From the NCBI GenBank assembly GCA_013285995.1, contig JABDGN010000003.1, positions 5,317 through 69,316 of the forward strand: a stretch of 64,000 nucleotides of DNA, read 5' to 3'. The notes beneath the pieces were generated by a model. The model saw only the letters and a program-made list of their open reading frames with translations. It was not told the origin of the DNA and searched no databases. The stretch is from Gammaproteobacteria bacterium. GTDB lineage: Bacteria; Pseudomonadota; Gammaproteobacteria; JABDGN01. A program made the translations under genes and the position numbers. Below are positions 27,314 to 38,576 of the stretch, piece after piece. Each line of letters starts with the position of its first letter. The first letter of the stretch is position 1.

Positions 27314-28264
27314 ATGCAATTAAAAAAAAATCTAAACTCAGTAACAGCTTTTGCGCCGGCAAGCTGTGCCAATGTTGCGGTCGGGTTTGATATTTTAGGT
27401 TTTGCTATTGATGCAGTAGGCGATTATGTGAGTTTGACGCTGCGTAATGACAATCAAATTGTCATCGAAAAAATCGAATCTAAAGATGAATTGCCTTTGG
27501 ATCCTAAAAAAAATGTTGTTGCGGCGGTGATTCAAAAAGCCTGTGATGAATTGAATATCAGCCAAGGATTTTCAATTCATCTTCGCAAATCGATCGCTTT
27601 AAGTTCTGGCATGGGAGGATCAGCTGCCTCTGCGGTCGCAGCGATTGTGGCATTCAATCAATTTTTGCTTAAACCATTAACACCTGCTGATTTAATTCGC
27701 TATGCACTCTATGGCGAAGAAATTGCTTGTGGTCATGCGCATGCGGATAATGTGGTACCTTGTTTGCTGGGTGGTTTAACATTAACACGCAGCATAGATC
27801 CGCTCGATGTCATTCAACTGCCGGTTCCAAAATGTTTTTACGTTATTGTGCATCCGCATTTGCGAGTTGAAACTAAATTGGCGCGCGCGGTCATTAAATC
27901 TGAATTGCCGCTGAAAGAATATGTGCAACAATCGGCAAACTTAGCGTCTTTTATTGTTTCGCTTTATGAAAATAATATAAGCTTGTTGCAAAAATCGCTT
28001 ACTGATGTGTTAATTGAGCCCCAAAGATCTTCCTTAGTGTCTGGCTTTTATGAAGTTAAAGCAGCAGCATTAAAAGCAGGCGCGCTGGGAGTTTCATTTT
28101 CAGGATCGGGTCCCAGTTTATTTGCGTTTGCCGCAACACAGCAAAATGCAATCGAAGTCGGTAACACAATGCAAATTGCCTTTGCGAATGAAAAAATTGC
28201 CAGCGATATTTATGTCGATCAAATAAGCAAGAATGGCGCGAGGATATACCCTGCGTGGGTATAA
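27314..28264 (+). CDS. thrB: homoserine kinase
   Basis: GHMP kinase motif SSGMGGSAAS. ATG at 27314 after a GAGGTG SD. Confidence 0.9.
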   Translation: MQLKKNLNSVTAFAPASCANVAVGFDILGFAIDAVGDYVSLTLRNDNQIVIEKIESKDELPLDPKKNVVAAVIQKACDELNISQGFSIHLRKSIALSSGMGGSAASAVAAIVAFNQFLLKPLTPADLIRYALYGEEIACGHAHADNVVPCLLGGLTLTRSIDPLDVIQLPVPKCFYVIVHPHLRVETKLARAVIKSELPLKEYVQQSANLASFIVSLYENNISLLQKSLTDVLIEPQRSSLVSGFYEVKAAALKAGALGVSFSGSGPSLFAFAATQQNAIEVGNTMQIAFANEKIASDIYVDQISKNGARIYPAWV

Positions 28265-28269
28265 AAACT

Positions 28270-29553
28270 ATGAACTTTATCAGTACCCGAAATAAAAATA
28301 TTTACAGCTCGCTTGCCGAGGCAATTCGTTTAGGTATGCCTGAGGATGGCGGTCTATACGTGCCTGAATATTTACCGAAGGTTAATTTAGATGCACTTGC
28401 TTCAGTTGCTAATTACAGCGAATTTGCAGCTTTAGTACTGAAAGATTTTTTTGCCGGAGATGTTTTGGCAGAGCAGTTATCAACACTCTGTCAAAAAGCG
28501 TTTGATTTTTCAATGCCACTGGAAAAAATAAACGATAATACTTTTATGTTAGAGCTATTTCATGGGCCTACTTTGTCTTTTAAAGATTTTGGCGCACGCT
28601 TTCTTGCAGAATGCTTTAATGTGCTTTCGCAAAACAAGAAAATGACTATCTTAGTTGCCACTTCCGGTGATACGGGTTCTGCTGTTGCGGCTGCATTTTA
28701 TAGGAAAAATGTAAATGTTATTATATTTTATCCGGCCGGAAAAATTTCACCGCGTCAAGAGCAACAAATTACTTGCTGGGATGAAAACATTTTAGCTTTG
28801 GCGGTCAATGATAATTTTGATGATTGTCAGCACATCGTTAAAAGTGCTTTTAATGATCCCTGGTGGCAAACTAAACTAAACTTAAGCACGGCCAATAGTA
28901 TTAATATTGGCAGATTACTGCCTCAAATTACGTATTATGCTTATACCAGTTTAAAATTTTTTCAAGCACATCAAGTGCAACCCGGTTTTATTGTGCCATC
29001 AGGAAATCTTGGCAATGTAACAGCGGCTTATTGGGCAAAACTAATGGGATTTCCCCTTCGTGAAATTGTGATTGCGAGCAATGCTAATCGGGTCATTTCG
29101 GATTATTTAGCAAGCAGCCAATATCAGCCGCGAGCGAGTCTTCAAACTTTAGCCAATGCGATGGATGTAGGAAATCCAAGTAATTTTGAACGTTTAAATT
29201 ATTTGTTTGATAGTTTCAAATTGTTTAAAGAAAATGTACAGGCCTTTAGTGTCACTGATGAAGAAATTAAAAAATCTATAAAAGATTTTTATCAGCGGTA
29301 TCAAAAAATTATTTGTCCGCATACTGCTACGGCTTGTTCGGTTAGAAATCAATTATCTGAAAAGCCCTGGATTGTAGTGGCAACTGCGGACCCCTGTAAG
29401 TTTGAAACCGCTATTGAATCTTTATTGCAGCAAAAAATTGCCCCATCGCCGCAGCTGCAAGCAATGCTATCAAGGCCCTCGCATGCTATAAATGTTTCTA
29501 ACAAGATGGATGATATTAAAAAGCTTATCGAGGGCTATTTTAAAAAAAGCTAG
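28270..29553 (+). CDS. thrC: threonine synthase
   Basis: PLP-dependent enzyme with the FHGPTLSFKD lysine motif. Start MNFISTRNKNIY. Confidence 0.9.
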   Translation: MNFISTRNKNIYSSLAEAIRLGMPEDGGLYVPEYLPKVNLDALASVANYSEFAALVLKDFFAGDVLAEQLSTLCQKAFDFSMPLEKINDNTFMLELFHGPTLSFKDFGARFLAECFNVLSQNKKMTILVATSGDTGSAVAAAFYRKNVNVIIFYPAGKISPRQEQQITCWDENILALAVNDNFDDCQHIVKSAFNDPWWQTKLNLSTANSINIGRLLPQITYYAYTSLKFFQAHQVQPGFIVPSGNLGNVTAAYWAKLMGFPLREIVIASNANRVISDYLASSQYQPRASLQTLANAMDVGNPSNFERLNYLFDSFKLFKENVQAFSVTDEEIKKSIKDFYQRYQKIICPHTATACSVRNQLSEKPWIVVATADPCKFETAIESLLQQKIAPSPQLQAMLSRPSHAINVSNKMDDIKKLIEGYFKKS

Positions 29554-30203
29554 CTTCTTTTATTGCAACAGCGAGCCAATCCATTACCGCACCATTGGAC
29601 TAACTGCACCAACACAATGAGCAACACGACCGTGGCAATCATAATGCCGACGTCAAAACGCTGATAACCATAGCGAATGCCTAAATCGCCTAAACCGCCG
29701 CCACCGACGGCGCCGGCCATCGCGGAGTAACTGATGATCCCAATCACCGTCACCGTTAAGCCATTAATAATACCGGGCAAAGCTTCGGGTAATAAAACGC
29801 GGGTCATAATTTGCAAGGGTGATGCACCTAAAGTTAAGGCCGCTTCGGTTAAACCTTGTGGTACTTCTTCGAGTGAATTTTCGACTAAACGCGCGATGAA
29901 AGGAATGGCGCAAATAATGAGAGGTACCATCGCAGCCGTGGTGCCAATGGTGGTGCCAACTACCAAGCGCGTGAACGGCACGATCGCGACGAGCAAAATA
30001 ATAAATGGGATTGATCGCACGGCATTGACGATCGCGCCTAAAATTTTATTGACATAAATTTGTGCGACGATGCCCTGTTTACGTGTGGTAAATAAAATAA
30101 AGCCCAGTGGTACGCCTAACACACCCGCAATGAGGCTGGAAACGATGGTCATATACAAGGTTTCCCACAGTGCAGGTAATAATAAACTAAGCGTTGTTGA
30201 CAT
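29550..30203 (-). CDS. metI: methionine ABC transporter permease MetI
   Basis: 217-aa permease with the EAA-like loop (EAALTLGASPLQI). Confidence 0.9.
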   Translation of the reverse strand: MSTTLSLLLPALWETLYMTIVSSLIAGVLGVPLGFILFTTRKQGIVAQIYVNKILGAIVNAVRSIPFIILLVAIVPFTRLVVGTTIGTTAAMVPLIICAIPFIARLVENSLEEVPQGLTEAALTLGASPLQIMTRVLLPEALPGIINGLTVTVIGIISYSAMAGAVGGGGLGDLGIRYGYQRFDVGIMIATVVLLIVLVQLVQWCGNGLARCCNKRS

Positions 30204-31224
30204 AACCCATCACCTCCACTTGTAAACCTTGTTCACGCAAATAGCGCATGCCGGTTGCGAGTTGTTCATCATCACCATACACTTCTAATAACATCACGCC
30301 GATAATTTGTTCTTGTACTAAACCTAAGTTGGCTTGCAAAATATTAAATTTAATGCCGTACTGCAAGGATAAATTCGACACCAACGGCTCAGCGGTTTTT
30401 TCACCAATAAATTCGATTCGTAAGACGGGAACTTGGCCGTGATCTGTCTTGCTAATGTGTAAGCGTTCTTGAATGCTGGGCGGTAAGTCAAATTTTAACG
30501 CGGGACGAATTAAATTGCGGGTGATTTCTGTTTTGGGTTGCGTGAATAAGTCGATGACGGAACCTTGTTCAACGATGCGACCGGCTTCGAGCACTGTAAC
30601 GTGAGCACAAATGGTTTTAATCACTTCAATTTCATGCGTGATGAGTAAAATTGTTAAACCTAATTTTTGATTGATAGCTTTTAATAATTCTAAAATTGAT
30701 TGCGTGGTTTCCGGATCTAAAGCGCTGGTGGCTTCATCGCATAATAAAATTTCCGGGTCGTTGGCTAGTGCACGCGCGATGGCCACGCGTTGTTTTTGCC
30801 CGCCACTTAATTGCGCAGGATAAGCTTTAGCTTTATCTTGCAAACCCACTAACGATAATAAGTTGGAGACTTTTTCACGGATAAAATTTTTCTTAATGCC
30901 AGCTAATTTGAGAGGAAGGGCGACGTTGTCATACACCGTGCGCGAACTTAATAAATTAAACTGCTGAAAAATCATGCCGATTTTGCGGCGCTTTTCGCGT
31001 AGTTTAGCAGCGCTTAAGCTGGCAAGATTAATCCCATCAATCAATACTTGCCCGCGATCCGGTTGTTCTAAAAAATTGACACAACGAATTAACGAACTTT
31101 TTCCCGCGCCACTTTTTCCGATGATGCCGCTAATGCTGCCACGCGGCACCAGCAGCGATACATCTTCTAAGGCGACAACACCGGAGGCAGGATAGGTTTT
31201 GTAAAGATGGGAAAGTTCAATCAT
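30187..31224 (-). CDS. metN: methionine ABC transporter ATP-binding protein MetN
   Basis: Walker A GKSGAGKSS, LSGGQKQR signature and a C-terminal NIL/ACT-like domain. Confidence 0.92.
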   Translation of the reverse strand: MIELSHLYKTYPASGVVALEDVSLLVPRGSISGIIGKSGAGKSSLIRCVNFLEQPDRGQVLIDGINLASLSAAKLREKRRKIGMIFQQFNLLSSRTVYDNVALPLKLAGIKKNFIREKVSNLLSLVGLQDKAKAYPAQLSGGQKQRVAIARALANDPEILLCDEATSALDPETTQSILELLKAINQKLGLTILLITHEIEVIKTICAHVTVLEAGRIVEQGSVIDLFTQPKTEITRNLIRPALKFDLPPSIQERLHISKTDHGQVPVLRIEFIGEKTAEPLVSNLSLQYGIKFNILQANLGLVQEQIIGVMLLEVYGDDEQLATGMRYLREQGLQVEVMGYVNNA

Positions 31225-31667
31225 GCCTTGTTAGGAATTCTTACCGCTAACACATCACATTCTGCGCGGTGCAAAATCGAATCCGCTGTCGAACCTAATA
31301 ACAAAGCTAAACCGTGGCGACCATGGCTACCGACGATAATCAAATCGGCTTGTACCGCTTGCGCCGCTTCGGCAACCACCACACCAGGACTACCAATCTC
31401 CAAAAATTGTTGCCCAGCTGCAATGCCAACTGAATTCGCTAATGCTTGCAAAGATTCTTTATGTTCTTTCAATAATTCTTCTTCAACGTCAACAATAGCA
31501 GGATAAGCCGATGCTGCGCCATAACCATTGATATTTTCAACCGCATGCACCAGTGCTAAACTCGCGTTAAATTGTTGTGCAAATGCGCGCGCTGTCTCCA
31601 GCACTCGGCTGTCTTCATCGGGAATTAATTCAACGGCGACTAAAATTTTCTTGTATTGACCTTTCAT
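31221..31667 (-). CDS. universal stress protein (UspA family)
   Basis: 148 aa. KKILVAVE...VGSHGRHG...ADSILHRAECDVLAV. Confidence 0.8.
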   Translation of the reverse strand: MKGQYKKILVAVELIPDEDSRVLETARAFAQQFNASLALVHAVENINGYGAASAYPAIVDVEEELLKEHKESLQALANSVGIAAGQQFLEIGSPGVVVAEAAQAVQADLIIVGSHGRHGLALLLGSTADSILHRAECDVLAVRIPNKA

Positions 31668-31848
31668 GCTATCTCCTAAGTAATGTTGCTAAAAAACCTC
31701 GCCTATTAAACTGCTTTTTCACTTTTAATGCAAGCTCAAAAATTTAGGGTCTGTCTACAATTACAAAAAGTGAGCCAGGCAACTTACTCTTTTGTTTGTA
31801 TGGATTCCTTCTTTGCGACGCTTCGAGTATAATGTACCGCTTTTTTAT

Positions 31849-31930
31849 GCGAGAGTGGCGGAATTGGTAGACGCACTGGATTTAGGTTCCAGCGGGGAAA
31901 CCCGTGAGAGTTCGAGTCTCTCCTTTCGCA
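31849..31930 (+). tRNA. tRNA-Leu (anticodon TAG)
   Basis: gcgagag acceptor, D-loop, anticodon loop tTTAGGt, long variable arm and T-loop gagag-ttcgagt-ctctc. Confidence 0.85.
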
Positions 31931-32135
31931 CACTAACCACCTCCGGGTCAAACAGAATTTTTAGTTTTCATTTTTTGTGTTCTCGAAGCCGGATGGAGTA
32001 TTGAGCGCAAACTCTCAACAGCAGGGATGCTGTTGTGAAGCCTACAGGGAAGTATTCATGGCGTGTTTGCGGGCAATACTCCATCTGGCTTACAACAAAA
32101 ACAAAAAATGAAAGCTAAAAATCGAGGAAAAAATA

Positions 32136-33445
32136 ATATGCAAGTGTCAGTTGAATCAACCAGTAATTTAGGTCGACGCATGTCGATCACCATCCCCAGC
32201 GAGCGCATCGAAGAAGCGGTGATGAAGCGCTTAAAGGATATTGCTAAACGCGTCAAAATGGATGGCTTTCGTGCCGGCAAAGTGCCCTTTAGCCGGGTAG
32301 AAAAAATTTACGGCGAAGATGCCCGCAGTGAAGTATTGCACGATATGATGAGTAAAGGCGTCTATGAAGCGTTCACGCAAGAAAAAATAATGCCGGCCGG
32401 ACGTCCCCGTTTAGAACACGATCATGACAATCATCCCAAAGCCGGTGAAGATTTTAAATTCGACGTGGAATATGAAGTATTTCCTGAGATCACCTTACCG
32501 GCTTTTAGCGAATTAAAAGTTGAAAAAGTGCAAGCCGCAGTCGCGGATGCCGACGTTGAGAAAACCATTGAAGCCATTCGCAAACAACAAGCCAAATGGG
32601 AAGAGGCAAGTCGCCCTGCAGAAAGCGGCGACAAAGTGAATATTGATTTTGTCGGTACGATTGATGGCGAGCCTTTAAAAGGCGGCGAAGGTAAAAATTT
32701 TGATTTAGAGTTGGGCTCTAACAGCATGATTCCTGGGTTTGAATCGGGTTTAATTAACAGCACTGCAGAACAAGATGTGACTCTACAAGCCACTTTTCCA
32801 GAAGATTATCATGCGAAAGAATTAGCCGGTAAAACTGCAGAATTTAAAGTTCACGTTAATTCTGTAAAAACAGCTAAATTACCCGAGCTCGATGATGAAT
32901 TTGCTAAAATACTCAATGTTGAAGGTGGGTTAGCAGAACTCAAAACCCAAGTACGTAATAATATGGAACGGGAACTCAATCAAGTGTTGAAAAATAAAAA
33001 TAAACAACATGTACTGGACAGTTTATTGACGGCAACTAAATTGGAAGTACCGCAAGCCTTAATCGCTGAAGAAGTCTATCGTCTGCAAAAAAATATGCAC
33101 GAGCGTTTAGGTGGTAAAATGGATTTCGAACTGATCGTCAAACACAGTGGTGCACAATTTACTGAAGAAGCCCATCGTCGTGTGTCGGTTGGCTTATTGC
33201 TAAATGAAATTATTAAAGAGCGCGAAATTAAACCGGATGCGGAACAAGTGCGTAAAGCGGTTGAAACATTAGCGGCGCCGTATGAAAAACCAGCCGAATT
33301 AATTCGTCATTATTATCAAGATAAAGATCGCTTGGCGGAAGTTGAAATGTTGGTGACGGAAGATGCGGCGATTGAGGCAATTTTATCGGAAGCCGTTGTT
33401 ACCGAAAAAAGTTTAAATTTTGATGAAGTGATGGGGAGAAAATAG
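32136..33445 (+). CDS. tig: trigger factor
   Basis: [20 protein letters not shown]... ORF opens at 32063, but start placed at the ATG at 32136 after an AGGAAAAAATAAT SD. Confidence 0.93.
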
Positions 33446-34068
33446 TGGCAATAAAAAATCAATTAGTACCAATGGTTATTGAACAAACAGCGCGCGGTGA
33501 GCGCTCGTTTGATATTTATTCACGTTTGTTAAAAGATCGGGTGATCTTTTTAGTCGGTGAAGTCGAAGATCACATGGCCAATTTAGTGGTTGCGCAAATG
33601 TTGTTTTTGGAATCTGAAAATCCCGACAAAGATATTTATCTTTATATTAATTCACCCGGTGGTGTAGTCAGTGCTGGTTTAGCAATTTATGATACCATGC
33701 AATTTATTAAGCCTGATGTTAGCACTCTGTGCATTGGCCAAGCCGCTAGCATGGGTGCTTTATTACTGACTTCTGGTGCGCCCGGCAAACGTTATTGTTT
33801 GCCCAATTCGCGGGTGATGATTCACCAACCTATAGGCGGGTATCAAGGTCAAGCCACCGATATCGCCATTCATGCGCGTGAAACTTTGAAAGTCCGCGAA
33901 CGCCTAGAGCAAATTTTAGCAAAACACACCGGCAAATCGGCGGAACAAATTAAAACGGATACTGAGCGTGATAATTTCATGAGCGCGAGTGAAGCTAAAG
34001 AATATAATTTAGTGGATGCAATTATGGAACAGCGCCCTGCGTTGACGAGTAAGACGGAAACTAAGTAA
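33445..34068 (+). CDS. clpP: ATP-dependent Clp protease proteolytic subunit
   Basis: [22 protein letters not shown]...GQAASMGA...MIHQP catalytic triad context. Confidence 0.96.
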   Translation: MAIKNQLVPMVIEQTARGERSFDIYSRLLKDRVIFLVGEVEDHMANLVVAQMLFLESENPDKDIYLYINSPGGVVSAGLAIYDTMQFIKPDVSTLCIGQAASMGALLLTSGAPGKRYCLPNSRVMIHQPIGGYQGQATDIAIHARETLKVRERLEQILAKHTGKSAEQIKTDTERDNFMSASEAKEYNLVDAIMEQRPALTSKTETK

Positions 34069-34079
34069 GGATTGAGAGC

Positions 34080-34181
34080 GTAGGTCGGCTTCCCGCGTTT
34101 CATTTTAATGAAACGCGCAAGCCGACAGCCAATGTCGGCTTACTCACCTCGCGTTACGCGAGGTTCGGGAAGCCGACCTAC
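34080..34181. repeat. family B compound palindromic element (gtaggtcggcttcc...ggaagccgacctac), BIME-like
   Basis: About 100 bp with outer and two inner hairpins. Five copies in the window. Confidence 0.8.
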
Positions 34182-34201
34182 ATTTGATCTGAGGAAATAC
34201 A

Positions 34202-35518
34202 ATGAGTGAAACAACAACACCCACTGGCGAGAACAAGCCCACTTTGTTTTGTTCTTTCTGTGGTAAAAGCCAACATGATGTGCGCAAGTTAATTGCGGGC
34301 AACAGTGTGTTTATTTGCGATGATTGCGTGGATTTATGTAACGACATCATTCGTGAAGAATTAGCCGAAGCCGAAGCACAAGAGCAGCAAGCGGATTTGC
34401 CCACACCGGAAAAGATTTATAAAACCTTAGACGAGTATGTTATCGATCAACATTACGCCAAACGTGTATTGTCGGTTGCGGTTTATAACCATTACAAACG
34501 TTTAAATAGCGCCAAGCTAGAAGACGAAGTTGAAATTCGTAAAAGTAATATTTTATTAATTGGCCCGACCGGTAGTGGTAAAACTTTATTAGCTGAAACC
34601 TTAGCGCGCAGTTTGAATGTGCCATTCACGATTGCCGATGCAACCACTTTAACCGAAGCCGGTTATGTCGGTGAAGACGTTGAAAATATTATTCAAAAAT
34701 TATTACAGAACTGTGAGTACGATGTATCCAAAGCCGAAATGGGCATTGTATACATCGATGAAATCGATAAAATTTCTCGTAAATCGGAAAATCCTTCTAT
34801 TACGCGCGATGTATCGGGTGAAGGCGTGCAACAAGCTTTATTGAAATTAATTGAAGGCACCGTGGCTTCCGTTCCGCCCCAAGGTGGACGCAAACATCCG
34901 CAGCAAGAATTTTTACAAGTCAACACCACCAATATTTTATTTATTTGTGGTGGTGCATTTAGTGGCTTGGATAAAGTTATCCGCGCTCGCACGGAAAAAT
35001 CGGGGATTGGGTTTAATGCCGAAGTGGTTTCGAAAGATGATCAAAAAGTCATTGGTGAAATTCTTAAAACGGCTGAGCCCGAAGATCTCATTAAATTTGG
35101 CTTGATTCCTGAATTTGTCGGACGCTTACCGGTGATTGCGACCTTAGAAGAATTAGATCAGAAGGCTTTAGTGCGCGTGTTGGCAGAGCCAAAAAATGCG
35201 CTTATCAAGCAATATACTAAGTTATTTAAAATGGAAGGCGTGGAATTGGAGTTTCGTCCGGAAGCTTTAAACGCGATTGCAACCAAAGCCGTGGAACGCA
35301 AAACCGGTGCGCGCGGTTTGCGCAGTATTTTAGAAAAAACTTTATTGGATGTGATGTTTGAAATTCCTTCTAACAAGAGCATTAGCAAAGTGATTGTTGA
35401 TGAGGCTTGTGTGAAGGGAGAAAGTAAACCGGTGTTGGTGTACAGTCAAACTGAACGCAAAGCCGCGCCGATTGTTGCAGAGCCAAAAGCAGAGCCGAAA
35501 ATAGCCAAGCAGGCTTAG
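34202..35518 (+). CDS. clpX: ATP-dependent Clp protease ATP-binding subunit ClpX
   Basis: Zinc finger [16 protein letters not shown] and Walker A GPTGSGKT. Confidence 0.96.
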   Translation: MSETTTPTGENKPTLFCSFCGKSQHDVRKLIAGNSVFICDDCVDLCNDIIREELAEAEAQEQQADLPTPEKIYKTLDEYVIDQHYAKRVLSVAVYNHYKRLNSAKLEDEVEIRKSNILLIGPTGSGKTLLAETLARSLNVPFTIADATTLTEAGYVGEDVENIIQKLLQNCEYDVSKAEMGIVYIDEIDKISRKSENPSITRDVSGEGVQQALLKLIEGTVASVPPQGGRKHPQQEFLQVNTTNILFICGGAFSGLDKVIRARTEKSGIGFNAEVVSKDDQKVIGEILKTAEPEDLIKFGLIPEFVGRLPVIATLEELDQKALVRVLAEPKNALIKQYTKLFKMEGVELEFRPEALNAIATKAVERKTGARGLRSILEKTLLDVMFEIPSNKSISKVIVDEACVKGESKPVLVYSQTERKAAPIVAEPKAEPKIAKQA

Positions 35519-35531
35519 GTTTTTTTTTCTT

Positions 35532-35614
35532 CGTCATTCCCGCGAAAGCGGGAATCCAGGTTTTTTGGGGATTAGCCCACGTTTTTCTGGATTCCCGCCT
35601 ACGTGGGAATGACG
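35532..35614. repeat. family C MITE-like element (cgtcattcccgcgaaagcgggaatccag...cgtgggaatgacg)
   Basis: Terminal inverted repeats with internal hairpins. Confidence 0.8.
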
Positions 35615-35648
35615 CATTTACAATACAGCTAAAACGAGTGAAGCCCCT

Positions 35649-38093
35649 ATGCCCGATTCACAAGACAACATAATTTCCCAAACCCTCTGCGTCGTGCCCC
35701 TGCGTGATTTAATTATCATGCCGCATCGGATGCGACCCCTCTCTTTATTCGTCGGACGACGTAAGTCAGTCGTCGCGCTAGAGCGCGCCATGACCAGCAG
35801 TCAAAAAATTGTTTGCGTCGCACAAAAACAATTTAATGATGAAAATCCCAGCTTTGAAAATTTGTACCAGATAGGCACTGTTTGCCGCGTTTTACTGCGT
35901 TATCCGCTCGCGGATGGTACGGTCAAAATTGTTTTGGAAGGTGAAAGCCGTTGTGAAATTAAAGAATTTCATGACGATGGTGTAGCATTAACCGCCGATG
36001 TTAATATCATCACCGAAGCACAAGTCAGCGTCAAAGAACATGAAACAGTGTGTCGCGTTTTGCTAAGCGCCTTTGAAAATTATGTGCGCCTCAATCAAAA
36101 AATCCCCCCTGAATTTTTATTAGAGCTAGCTGGTCTTGATGACGCGGGTCGTTTGGCAGATACCATCGCCGCCTACATCAATATGAAATTGCCGGATCGA
36201 CAAGCCTTATTAAGCACAATTAATGTGGCTGAGCGCTTGGAAAAATTATTAGCGCTGCTCGAAGGGGAGCTAAATTTATTAGAAGTCGACAATCGTTTGC
36301 GCGAGCAAGTTAAAAAACAAATTGATAAAACCCAGCATGAATTTTATTTAAATGAACAGTTGAAGGCGATTCAAAAGGAATTGCACGGTGGCACTGAAAA
36401 CGAACTAACTGATTTACAAAAATTAGAGCAGCGTATTAAAGAAGCTGGCATGAGTGCTGAAGCGCAAGAAAAATCGCTCACGGAATTGAAAAAGTTAAAA
36501 GCGATGCCGGCTAATTCTTCCGAAGCCAGTGTGGCGCGCAATTATTTAGATTGGATGTTGCGTCTGCCCTGGCAAAAACGCAGCACCATTAAGCGCGATT
36601 TGAAAGCGGCAGAAAAAATTTTACATGCCGATCACTATGGGCTGGAAAAAGTTAAAGAGCGAATTTTAGAATATTTAGCAGTGACACAACGCGTAAAAGC
36701 ATTGAAAGGGCCCGTGTTGTGTTTAGTCGGTCCACCGGGCGTTGGTAAAACGTCCTTAGGTGAATCGATTGCCCGCGCAACTGGGCGTGAATTTGTGCGT
36801 TTGTCTTTGGGCGGCGTGCGCGATGAAGCAGAAATTCGCGGTCATCGCCGCACGTATATTGGTTCGATGCCAGGGCGCATTTTGCAAAAAATGGCTAAAA
36901 CAAAAGTCGTTAATCCCTTATTTTTGCTGGACGAAGTCGATAAAATGACGCGCGATTACCACGGTGATCCTAGTGCAGCGTTATTAGAAGTATTAGATCC
37001 GGAACAAAATAATAGTTTTAACGATCATTATTTAGATGTCGATTATGATTTGTCGCAAGTCATGTTTATTGCGACCGCCAATTCTTTAGATATTCCGCCG
37101 CCCTTATTAGATCGCATGGAAGTGATTCGCTTGAGTGGTTACACCGAAGATGAAAAAGTTCATATCGCTGAGCAGCATTTGATTCCGAAGCAAATTAAGG
37201 AAAATGGCTTAAAAGAAAAAGAATTAAAAATTTCGATTAGCGCTTTGCGTGACATGATTCGTTATTACACGCAAGAAGCGGGGGTACGCAATTTAGAGCG
37301 GGAAATCGCTAAAATCTGTCGAAAAATTGTCAAGGCAGCGCAACTTGAGAAGAAGTCTACGCAGCAGCGTGCGTGTTTGATTACGCCAAAAAATTTAGAA
37401 AAATATTTAGGCGTGCATCGTTATCGGCATGGTTTAGCTGAAAATCAAAATCGGGTCGGGCAGGTGACAGGTTTAGCCTGGACCGAAGCGGGCGGAGATC
37501 TATTAACGATTGAAGTGGCCACTGTACCCGGCAAAAGTAATGTGAAGCGTACCGGCAGTTTAGAAAATGTGATGTTGGAATCGATCGATGCGGCCGTGAC
37601 GGTGGTGCGCTCACGTGCTGCGCAATTAGGCTTGGAAGACTTTTATCCCAACACGGATATTCATTTTCATGTGCCAGCCGGGGCGATTAAAAAAGATGGT
37701 CCCAGTGCCGGGATTGCGATGTGCACAGCATTGGCTTCCAGCTTAACGCAAATTCCCGTGCGTGCCGATGTCGCGATGACGGGCGAAATTACTTTGCGCG
37801 GTGAATTATTGCCAATTGGTGGTTTGAAAGAAAAATTATTAGCCGCGCTGCGAGGTGGCATCAAATTAGTGATCATCCCTGCCGAAAATAAACGCGAATT
37901 ATCGGAAATTCCTGAACAAATTAAACAAGCGCTAGATATTCGTTTAGTGCGCTGGATCGATGAAGTATTTGCCTTAGCATTAGAAAGCCCACCCAAAGCA
38001 AAAGTTGTATTAGCTGATGCAATCGTTGAAGCTTTGCCCGCCGCGGCGATGGCACAAACTTCAAAACGCAATGAGAAGCGTAAAGTGCATTGA
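35649..38093 (+). CDS. lon: Lon protease
   Basis: 814 aa. LON N domain, Walker A GPPGVGKTS and proteolytic site DGPSAG. Confidence 0.96.
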   Translation: MPDSQDNIISQTLCVVPLRDLIIMPHRMRPLSLFVGRRKSVVALERAMTSSQKIVCVAQKQFNDENPSFENLYQIGTVCRVLLRYPLADGTVKIVLEGESRCEIKEFHDDGVALTADVNIITEAQVSVKEHETVCRVLLSAFENYVRLNQKIPPEFLLELAGLDDAGRLADTIAAYINMKLPDRQALLSTINVAERLEKLLALLEGELNLLEVDNRLREQVKKQIDKTQHEFYLNEQLKAIQKELHGGTENELTDLQKLEQRIKEAGMSAEAQEKSLTELKKLKAMPANSSEASVARNYLDWMLRLPWQKRSTIKRDLKAAEKILHADHYGLEKVKERILEYLAVTQRVKALKGPVLCLVGPPGVGKTSLGESIARATGREFVRLSLGGVRDEAEIRGHRRTYIGSMPGRILQKMAKTKVVNPLFLLDEVDKMTRDYHGDPSAALLEVLDPEQNNSFNDHYLDVDYDLSQVMFIATANSLDIPPPLLDRMEVIRLSGYTEDEKVHIAEQHLIPKQIKENGLKEKELKISISALRDMIRYYTQEAGVRNLEREIAKICRKIVKAAQLEKKSTQQRACLITPKNLEKYLGVHRYRHGLAENQNRVGQVTGLAWTEAGGDLLTIEVATVPGKSNVKRTGSLENVMLESIDAAVTVVRSRAAQLGLEDFYPNTDIHFHVPAGAIKKDGPSAGIAMCTALASSLTQIPVRADVAMTGEITLRGELLPIGGLKEKLLAALRGGIKLVIIPAENKRELSEIPEQIKQALDIRLVRWIDEVFALALESPPKAKVVLADAIVEALPAAAMAQTSKRNEKRKVH

Positions 38094-38095
38094 TT

Positions 38096-38205
38096 GTAGG
38101 TCGGCTTACGAGAGTTTCGCGATTAGCGAAACGAACAAGCCGACGCCAAAAAACGATGTCGGCTTGTTCGCTTGGTTTACGCCAAGCTCTCGTAAGCCGA
38201 CCTAC
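38096..38205. repeat. family B compound palindromic element
   Basis: Begins 3 nt after the lon stop codon. gtaggtcggcttacgag...ctcgtaagccgacctac. Confidence 0.8.
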
Positions 38206-38303
38206 GTTATGAGAAAATTTTTTAGAAATAACTTGACCTAAGGGCGCCATACTGGTATAAATCTCGTCCCTAAAAATTTGCCCCGTTAGTGAGGATGCAG
38301 GCA

Positions 38304-38576
38304 GTGAATAAAGCAGAATTAATTGACAATATTGCTGCAAAAGCGGATTTATCAAAAGCCGATGCAGGTCGCGCCTTAGATGCCGTTTTGGAAAGCATTA
38401 CCGAATCTTTAAAAAGCGGTACCGACGTTGCCTTAGTAGGGTTTGGCACTTTTCATGTAAAAAAACGTGCCGCGCGCAAAGGACGCAATCCGAAAACGGG
38501 CGCAGAGATCGAAATCAAAGCCGCCAATGTACCGGATTTTAAAGCCGGGAAGGCGTTGAAAGACGCAGTTAATTGA
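38304..38576 (+). CDS. hupB: DNA-binding protein HU-beta
   Basis: GTG start giving (M)[35 protein letters not shown]...GFGTF..RNPKTG. Confidence 0.88.
   Translation: MNKAELIDNIAAKADLSKADAGRALDAVLESITESLKSGTDVALVGFGTFHVKKRAARKGRNPKTGAEIEIKAANVPDFKAGKALKDAVN

Noticed and set aside
31800-31848. Possible promoter (TTGCGA ... TATAAT) for tRNA-Leu
   Set aside because: The spacer between the candidate -35 and -10 is only about 9 nt. A TATAAT at 31828..31833 is plausible as a -10, but the pairing is not convincing enough to call.
31985-32095. Long-range inverted repeat (gccggatggagtattg ... caatactccatctggc) between tRNA-Leu and tig, considered as a small RNA or leader structure
   Set aside because: Single occurrence and no recognisable family. 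It could simply be a terminator for tRNA-Leu, and there is not enough to call a feature.
32063-32135. Upstream extensions of tig (32063), ppiD (38972), rnhA (43034), BamC-like (46348), GDSL1 (54757), M20 peptidase (60366), ndk (62078) and rlmN (62726)
   Set aside because: In each case the extension overlaps the previous gene or a repeat element, lacks an SD, and a canonical N-terminus with SD or signal peptide is found at an internal ATG/GTG.
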